The translations under genes and the position numbers were made by a program. This document shows, piece after piece, positions 1 to 7,400 of a stretch of 44,180 bases of DNA. Each line of letters begins with the position of its first letter. The stretch's first letter is position 1. This DNA is from a virus (Duplodnaviria; Caudoviricetes). The notes beneath the pieces are model-generated. The model made no database searches and was not told where the DNA came from. It saw only the letters and a list, made by a program, of their open reading frames with translations. The stretch is from IMG/VR virus record IMGVR_UViG_3300025676_000033, positions 1 to 44,180 of that record, one strand, 5' to 3'.

Positions 1-1
1 G

Positions 2-874
2 AAGAATAGTGATTTAATATATGATGCTACGTGGTTTTTAGATGGAGTGTTATCTGAGTTTATACAAAGAGCTAAGAACATGAAAGGTTTTGATAATGCT
101 GTTAGATCAGCTGAGAAAGGTAGAGCGCTAGGCCTTGGGGTATTAGGTTGGCATACGTTGCTTCAGCAAAAAGGTATTGCTTTTGAAGGATTACTTGCAT
201 TTTTTAAAACAAGAGAAATATTTTCTCAGTTAAAATTAGAAACTGAAAGGGCTAGTAGAGACTTAGCCGATGTATATGGTGAACCATTATGGTGTGTAGG
301 TACAGGAATGCGAAACACACACTTAAGAGCCGTAGCACCAACAGTATCAAATAGTAAATTATCTGGTAATGTATCACCAGGAATTGAACCCTGGGCTGCT
401 AATGTATTTACAGAGCAATCTGCTAAAGGTACATTTATAAGAAAGAATTTAGAATTAAAAAAATTGTTTAAAAAAATAGGTATAGATAATCAAAAGACTT
501 GGGATAAAGTCTTAAAAGATAAAGGATCTATACAGGGTATAAAAAAATTAGATGGTTACTATTACGATAATACTGGCAAGCTTACTCAGGAAGAAGGCGG
601 CGAGCCGGTTAAAAATGTTTTCAAAACGTTTAAGGAAATAAATCAACTAGAATTAGTTAATCAGGCAGGTATAAGACAAACTTATGTCGATCAATCTGTA
701 AGTTTAAATCTTGCGTTTCCATCACAGGCTGAACCTAGATGGATTAATAAAGTTCATATGGAAGCTTGGAAGCGAGGAATTAAAACTTTATATTATATGA
801 GAACAGAGAGTGTTCTCAGAGGCGATATTGCAGCGGAGGCAATGAATCCAGACTGCTTAAGTTGCGATGGTTAG
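2..874 (+). CDS. nrdA: Ribonucleotide reductase alpha subunit, class I (5'-truncated by window)
   Basis: Frame is open from position 2. Motifs: GRALGLGVLG, AVAPTVSNS, PGIEP, DQSVSLNL, GIKTLYYMR (tyrosine dyad) and C-terminal CLSCDG (CxxC). Confidence 0.95.
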   Translation, partial: KNSDLIYDATWFLDGVLSEFIQRAKNMKGFDNAVRSAEKGRALGLGVLGWHTLLQQKGIAFEGLLAFFKTREIFSQLKLETERASRDLADVYGEPLWCVGTGMRNTHLRAVAPTVSNSKLSGNVSPGIEPWAANVFTEQSAKGTFIRKNLELKKLFKKIGIDNQKTWDKVLKDKGSIQGIKKLDGYYYDNTGKLTQEEGGEPVKNVFKTFKEINQLELVNQAGIRQTYVDQSVSLNLAFPSQAEPRWINKVHMEAWKRGIKTLYYMRTESVLRGDIAAEAMNPDCLSCDG

Positions 875-1061
875 TTTTGTTTTGTTTATAAATATGAAGG
901 GAATCTAAGTTTGGGTTCCCTTTGTATTTTATAGTATTCCAAGGCCAAGTTTTATCTAACTTATTTACAACTGTAGATTTTATAGTGTAACACGAAACAA
1001 ATGTTAAAACAAGTAAAGCTAATAAAAGTCTTTTATATAATGCTATACATTGCTTTTCCAT
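816..1061 (-). CDS. Small lipoprotein (possible spanin/lysis accessory)
   Basis: KR + hydrophobic stretch + lipobox-like FVS|C. Lies directly after the endolysin. Its 3' end overlaps nrdA antisense. Confidence 0.5.
   Translation of the reverse strand: MEKQCIALYKRLLLALLVLTFVSCYTIKSTVVNKLDKTWPWNTIKYKGNPNLDSLHIYKQNKTNHRNLSSLDSLPPLQYRL
897..930 (+). terminator. Rho-independent terminator after nrdA
   Basis: AAGGGAATCTA-AGTT-TGGGTTCCCTT stem, with G-U pairs possible only on the + transcript, followed by TGTATTTT. Confidence 0.7.
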
Positions 1062-1494
1062 TGACTCTTGTGGCTTTTAAACATCTATTTCTATTTTGTT
1101 CTTCAGATACATAACTTATATGTACCCAATCAGGGTTTTTATCTGTACCAAATTCCCAAATCATTTGATCAAAGTTTAAGTTTTCTTTTATATATTCATA
1201 CATCTCAGCGTTAGTCTTGTATCTAAATGTATCATCAATATCCATAGCTCTACCTTCACAATGCTGTGATCTAGAACTTCCACCTATAGCTTTATTCAAA
1301 GCAACAGATCTATAAAAAGAATTAATTTTTATTGGTCCACCAACCCATTCTCTTAATGGTTCAAATATATTATGTGCAACCCCATTCATATTAGTTATCT
1401 CATAAAGCCCTGGTGTATTATCTATATCTAATCTCATCGCTGTATTAGATTTAGTAGCTTCTCTGTATGATATATGTTCACTAATCCTTTCCAT
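1033..1494 (-). CDS. Peptidase M15A-family endolysin (Zn D-Ala-D-Ala peptidase fold)
   Basis: INSFYRSVALNKAIGG, SQHCEGRAMD and WVHISY motifs. The likely start is MERISEH at 1494, just after the giant gene's stop, rather than 1638. Confidence 0.9.
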   Translation of the reverse strand: MERISEHISYREATKSNTAMRLDIDNTPGLYEITNMNGVAHNIFEPLREWVGGPIKINSFYRSVALNKAIGGSSRSQHCEGRAMDIDDTFRYKTNAEMYEYIKENLNFDQMIWEFGTDKNPDWVHISYVSEEQNRNRCLKATRVNGKAMYSII

Positions 1495-1495
1495 A

Positions 1496-4400
1496 TTAAT
1501 TTTTTCTAGGTTTATTCGCTCTTGGTTTATTTTTTTTAGGTTTTTGAACATAATCAGTATCTTTTGCGTCTTCAAACGGAATATTAACCTCCCATTTACT
1601 CCAACCAAGTGACAATGCCATTCTTTGCCACATTTCATTTTCTTTATCTGAAGCGGCTTTTATGTTATTAATTTTCCTTAGAACTCTATCAGCTGGTAAG
1701 TTAATACCAAAAGAAAGTGCATCTGCTGCGGCTAATACAGCAGGATTTTCCGTATCAAGACCCATTTCTTTCATTTTCTTAAGATTTTGTTTATATGTAA
1801 ACCTATCTTTCATATCAAATAATTGTCTTGTCTTCCTACCAATAGGCGGCGACATATTAAATATTTCTTCAATTGCTTTCTCATCAAAACCCTCTCTTTC
1901 AACAATTTTCATTATTGTATTTTTTACAGTAGCTAGTAATGCCCCAAATACACCGGTACCTCTTAATACAGAATCAGCCATACCGTTCATCACTCTTATT
2001 TTTCTGGTTTTTTCTCTTTTCTCTTCTTTGTCATTTTCCGGCTCATCAAATAAAATAGCAAATAAAGCTTGTTGCATGGAGTGGAATATAACATTTTGAA
2101 TAATTAAATAATTAGATATTTTCATAACATTAGTTTTCCAATCACCTCTTCCGTTTTTTAAATCTAAGAATGCTTTTTTTATTTGTCTGTTGTACTGCAT
2201 TGGGGTATTTTGAAAAGCTAATATAAGCCTTCCTCCAAACCCAGCCTGTTCTTGCGATATTTTTTCAGGTCTACCTGATTGTTGTGTGTCTTCTGCAATT
2301 TCACGCATGTCTTCAAAAGCTTGATCAAAAGCGTCTTGGTCAGACAACCCGTCTTTTTTGTATTTAGCCTCTCTGTTACTTAAAAACGAGGATCCTCCAA
2401 AAGCAATAGCAAAACTATCAGCCATTTGTGTAGGCCAAAACCCTCTCTTTAATATTGTAGCTATTACTGCTCTTGTTGGATTTTTAGAATTTGAAGCAGC
2501 AGACGCTATTTCTTGTTCGTTAACATCTGTTCTTAAACCTGCTCTTCTTTGTTTTAAATAATCTGAAAAGAATATTTTATTAAAGTAACCCCAAAATTTT
2601 GGTTGGTTCTTAAATGCTTTTGCCGCAGCTATAGGGTTGTTGTCTCCTAGGTTAATAAAGTTTACCGATGATATTGTTTGAAGTAAAGCTGATCTAGTGT
2701 GAATAAACATCGTATTACCAATAGCATTATTTACCCAATCAAGTATTCCAGTACCTTGCTCATCTAATTGGAAACTCCTATTTCTACCTGTACCAATTCT
2801 ATAAAAAGAACTTTCTAATGCTTCAACAAAACTATTACCATAAATACCTCTTACTTTGTTTACATTTACCCCAGATAATTTACCATGATATTTATCAAAT
2901 TTTCCGAACACCACATTTACATTATCAAAGAATGGCTGGAATATTTCAGCTCTAGTTACCTCATTAGTATGTTCTAATAAATCAGTTGTAAGAGTCCCTG
3001 ATACCCAATCTTCATTTGGTTCTGGATATTTTTTATCATCCCTAAAATACGCTTCCTCAATAGCGTCAGTAAATTCTAATGAATCAAAATTTTGTCTGAC
3101 CCACTTATTTACTTTTTCTTGTTCAGGACCAGGTTTTGTTCTTTTCTTTGTACCTGTGAATTCATCCATACCTGGAACAACATACCCTCTTTTAGTCCAA
3201 AGATGTACTCTAATAGCTTGTTCTACTGTATAACCATCTATAACTTCTGCTGTTAAATCAATTTTTTGTTCACCCATTAAAACTTTCGCTTCTTGTAAAG
3301 TTTTATGTGATTTAATTTGGTGTGCTTCAAATTCTAAATTAGCTCTTGTTAAAGGCCTTGTAAAAGTTTCTTTAATCCATTTTAAATCTGCATTTCCTTG
3401 TTCTTTTTTACCAGCAAACTGATATAATAAACCTAATAAATCTTCAGCTGAATTTCGCATAAAAAGTTGGAACTTATCTGATTTAAAACCTTCTATTTTA
3501 GCTTTTGCTATTGAAATTCTTTCTTTTGCTGGAATACCTTTAGTCCTTTCTATCATTTCATTAAGCTCGGTGCTATTATTTGTTTTACTAAATTTAGTTT
3601 CACTAAAAATAGGTGTAGTTTTTATACCTGCTTTTTTAAGCCTAACTCTACTATCATCACTGGGTTGTAAATCTTTAGGCGTTTCGGTAGTGTCCATCTT
3701 ACTTTTCCATTTTTTATCAATCAAATCAACATAGCTCCTATTTAATACACCTTCCATATTTTTTTCGAGTTTATTTAAATTACCATCTTTTTCATAAACA
3801 TCTAATAAAGCTTCTATTTGTGTTCTTAAATTCTTAATAGTTAAAGTATGTTCATATGTAATACCTGAAATAACTTTATTTTTATTTTTTTTATCACGTT
3901 TAAGTGTGCCGTCTTTATTACGTTTAACTTCTAGATTAGTTTCGATGTCTCTTAATTTACCCGCTAATCTTAATATAGAGTCACTATATTCACCTAGAAT
4001 CATTAATAAATCTTTAGCCCCTTGTATATCTCCTGTAGCGGCTATCCTGCTTACTTCTCTAACGACAGCATTAGCTGAATCTTTAGATTGTTTATCTATA
4101 TCATACCTATTATCATTTAAATTTGATAAAAAATCATCAACAGTCTTATACTTTTTAGCTAAATATTTTCCGTTTATAGTAGAGGGTCTTGTATCAGCTA
4201 AGGGTCTAAATGAAGTTTTTGTACCATCTTTAGCATAATGAACTATACTTGTTTTATTACCCACTTTTTCTACATCAAAACCATTCTCTTTTAGTCCGAG
4301 TGGCTTATTTAAATAATTAAACGCCTGTTCATTACTACTTCCAGTTATCTTTTTTAAATGTTCATTGTTAATATAAGAAGGTAATATGTGTTTAATAAAA

Positions 4401-7400
4401 TCTTTAGTAGCTTGTAATTTAGTCCTACCTTTAAGCCCTTTAATTCTAGTGATTTCAGAATCAATAATTTTTTGCCCAGCATTTGTAAATAATACACGAT
4501 CGCTTTTTTCTACTGCTGATTCTATTTTTTCTTTGGTTATACTTTTAGCGCTAGTAAAAGTCTCTTCAAGAACTTTTTTAATTATATCTTTTTCATCTTT
4601 TGTTTCAAAAAGATTTTGCGCTGCTTTTATACCAGCTTTTAAAGCTTTCCCAAAATTATTTGTTGCTTTTAAAGTAGTACTTAGTGTTTGCATAAACACC
4701 TTAATAGCTTGTACTATTATTTCAGGTAGACCTAGCCTTGCGTATAACTCACCATTATTTTTTTGCAAGTTATTTAAGTAATCTATTCCTCTGTCAAGTT
4801 TTTCAACAATAACATCAAGGAAATTATCAGGTACCGCTTGACCCTCAATTTCTTGAATATCCCTAAACTTCTGCATTATTGTTTTATCTTTAACAACTTC
4901 TAATGCTGCATCGGCGGATAATTCATTAATTAAAGTTTCTAATAACGATGTTCTTCTATCACTTAATGTGTTACTTGCTATTTCAATATTAGTAAGTTGT
5001 ACTTCTTCTCCTTTTACTATAACTGTGTCCCCAATTCTTTTACCTATATATCGAGTTCCATCAATTTCATTTTCCCCTAATGTTTCTCCTTTTTTTGGTT
5101 TTACAATTCTATATGTTTTTACATCTCCATTTTTATCTTTAATAGTTATTTTTCCTGCTACAGTTGCAATTACATTAGGATTAGGATTAGTAAAATAATC
5201 TACAAAATCTTTTCTATCTATGTTTAAATATTCAAATTCCCCTTTACCTTCTTTAGTTTCTTCTCTTTTTTGCTGACCAGATTCTTTTAAAACAGGTTTA
5301 CGCAGCATGTCATATTTTTTATTAATAACACTAGCTGGTAATTGATCTAATATAGCTTTGAAATGTTTAATAACAAAAGGTTTAAACTTATCTATTCCTT
5401 TTTTACGATCTATTTTTGTAAAACTTCTAACAAAAGGCATTAATTCAGCTATATTATTTTTACTAAATACTTTAACAAAATTCTTATTAGTTACCGCTGG
5501 TAATTTTGTACCGAATGTTTTAGCTACAGCATCGATAAAAATATCAGCAAATGTCTTAGGAACTTTTTTACCATCTTTATCGACTTTAAATTCCCCTTCT
5601 ATTGCTTCTTTATCAAAATCTAATTTTTTCGTAAACAATTTTTTCTTTACACTTTCTTTGCCTTTTTCAATTTCAGGTTGTTCAATAGTTTGTTTTGTTT
5701 CGTCTACATCTTTTGAAATATCAAGGCCCACTTTATTTGCCTCACCTATTACTTTAACCTCTATTAAAGACATTCTTTTTCCTGTAGCATCAAATCTATT
5801 TAATTTTTGCATTAAATACCCATGTAATGTACTTTCACCGCCTTTTATCTTTGAAGGGTCATATTTTTGTACTAAATTTAATACCTGATTTGTAAGCGTA
5901 TTTTCTATTATATCCCTTTTCTTCTCTTCCGCTTCTTTTTTGTCCATGGTTTTAAAAGCTTTGAAGTATTTATTATTAACTAAACCTGTAACTAAAGGTC
6001 GTATAGATTCCTGAACACTAAACCAAGCATCCTTTGTATCTTTTATTTTATTTAATTGCGAGTTTAAATCTGTAAATTCTTTAGTTTTACCTTTGCCTTC
6101 CTGGGCAAGTTCTTTAAGTTTCGCTGTAAGGGTATTATCTTTATCAGCAAGTTCTTTAAGCGCGTCTTTACTTTTTAAAGATTTAATAGTTTTAAGCTGT
6201 TCAGCTGTAAGGGTATTATATGATTCGTTTATAGTTTTACTAAATTTAGTACTAGGTGCTTCTTCATCTTCATCTTTAAGGGTAGTTGTTTTACCTTCAT
6301 CTTCGGGTTTTGCTATACCTAAAACATCTTCAAACTTTATAGGTTTTTTTCCAAAATGTGCTTCTTTATTAAAATCTTTTATAAAATTAAAAACAGCTTC
6401 TTGGTCTGTTTCTTTAAATTTAAAATTATCAGGTAATAATTTATTTACAAATCTTCTTATTGTATTTAAAGAACTTGTTTTAATAGCTTGCCCATCAGCT
6501 ATAATATCTGACATAGCGTTCATTGCTTCTTCCCAATAAGCATCTTCTTTTAATGTTTTACCCTTTTCATCTTTCATTACCTCCCTTGTTTTTGGGTCTC
6601 TTTTCACATAACTTTGGTCGATTCTATGTTTAACTAACGTATATAAATCTTTATCATTTTCTTCCAAATAATCTAATAAATCCATACCCGCTTGCTTAAG
6701 GCCCGCTTCACTGCCATATTTTTTCTTAGCTATACTATGTAATACTTCATGAGCAAATATCCCGGTTCTACCATTTTTTATTGCATTTGGCATATGTACT
6801 ATTATATTATCTCCAGTATTACTAGCTTCATAAATCCCATTTTTAATATCTGCTCTTGCCTTTGTTTCAGCTATCCGCAATAATTCTTCCATTGATGGAG
6901 GTTTTCCACCTTCTTCTAATATTTGTTTTTTCAAGGATTCAGCTATTGATTCCATAACCCCGTGGGTTTTCATTAAACCTATTGTTTCTTCTATGGTTTC
7001 TCCTTTGTATATATTTAAATCTTCTCCTCTTGTAGTAGCATAGGTTCTAGCGTTTCTCTCACCTTCTTCAATTTTTCTCCTATAACTTTTTTCAATATAA
7101 AGCTCTACTGCTTTATCTTGTATTTCTTTTTCTGAAAATCTTTTATATTTTTCAGCACCTTTTCTTAAAGCTTTTTTAGCTTCTTCATAATACCCTTGCT
7201 TTACACTATTATTAAGTCCTCCCCATTGGTCAAGAAGATTAAGTGCAGTATTATTAGACATTCTCATGCTATACATACTATTCCCCATCTCCCAGTCTTT
7301 TCGTATATTATCATTAATTGCTAAATCTTGATTTTCTTTTAATATACTAGGGTCTGTTAATATATTCTCTCTTTTTTCTTTTAAGGCTTCATATTGTTGC

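Noticed and set aside
1495-1638. N-terminal extension of the endolysin ORF
   Set aside because: Overlaps the giant gene's end. The ATG at 1494, directly after its stop, is the better start.
6121-6220. 16-nt repeat GCTGTAAGGGTATTAT (NTLTA twice)
   Set aside because: Most simply a small local duplication in a helical linker; no evidence for a function.
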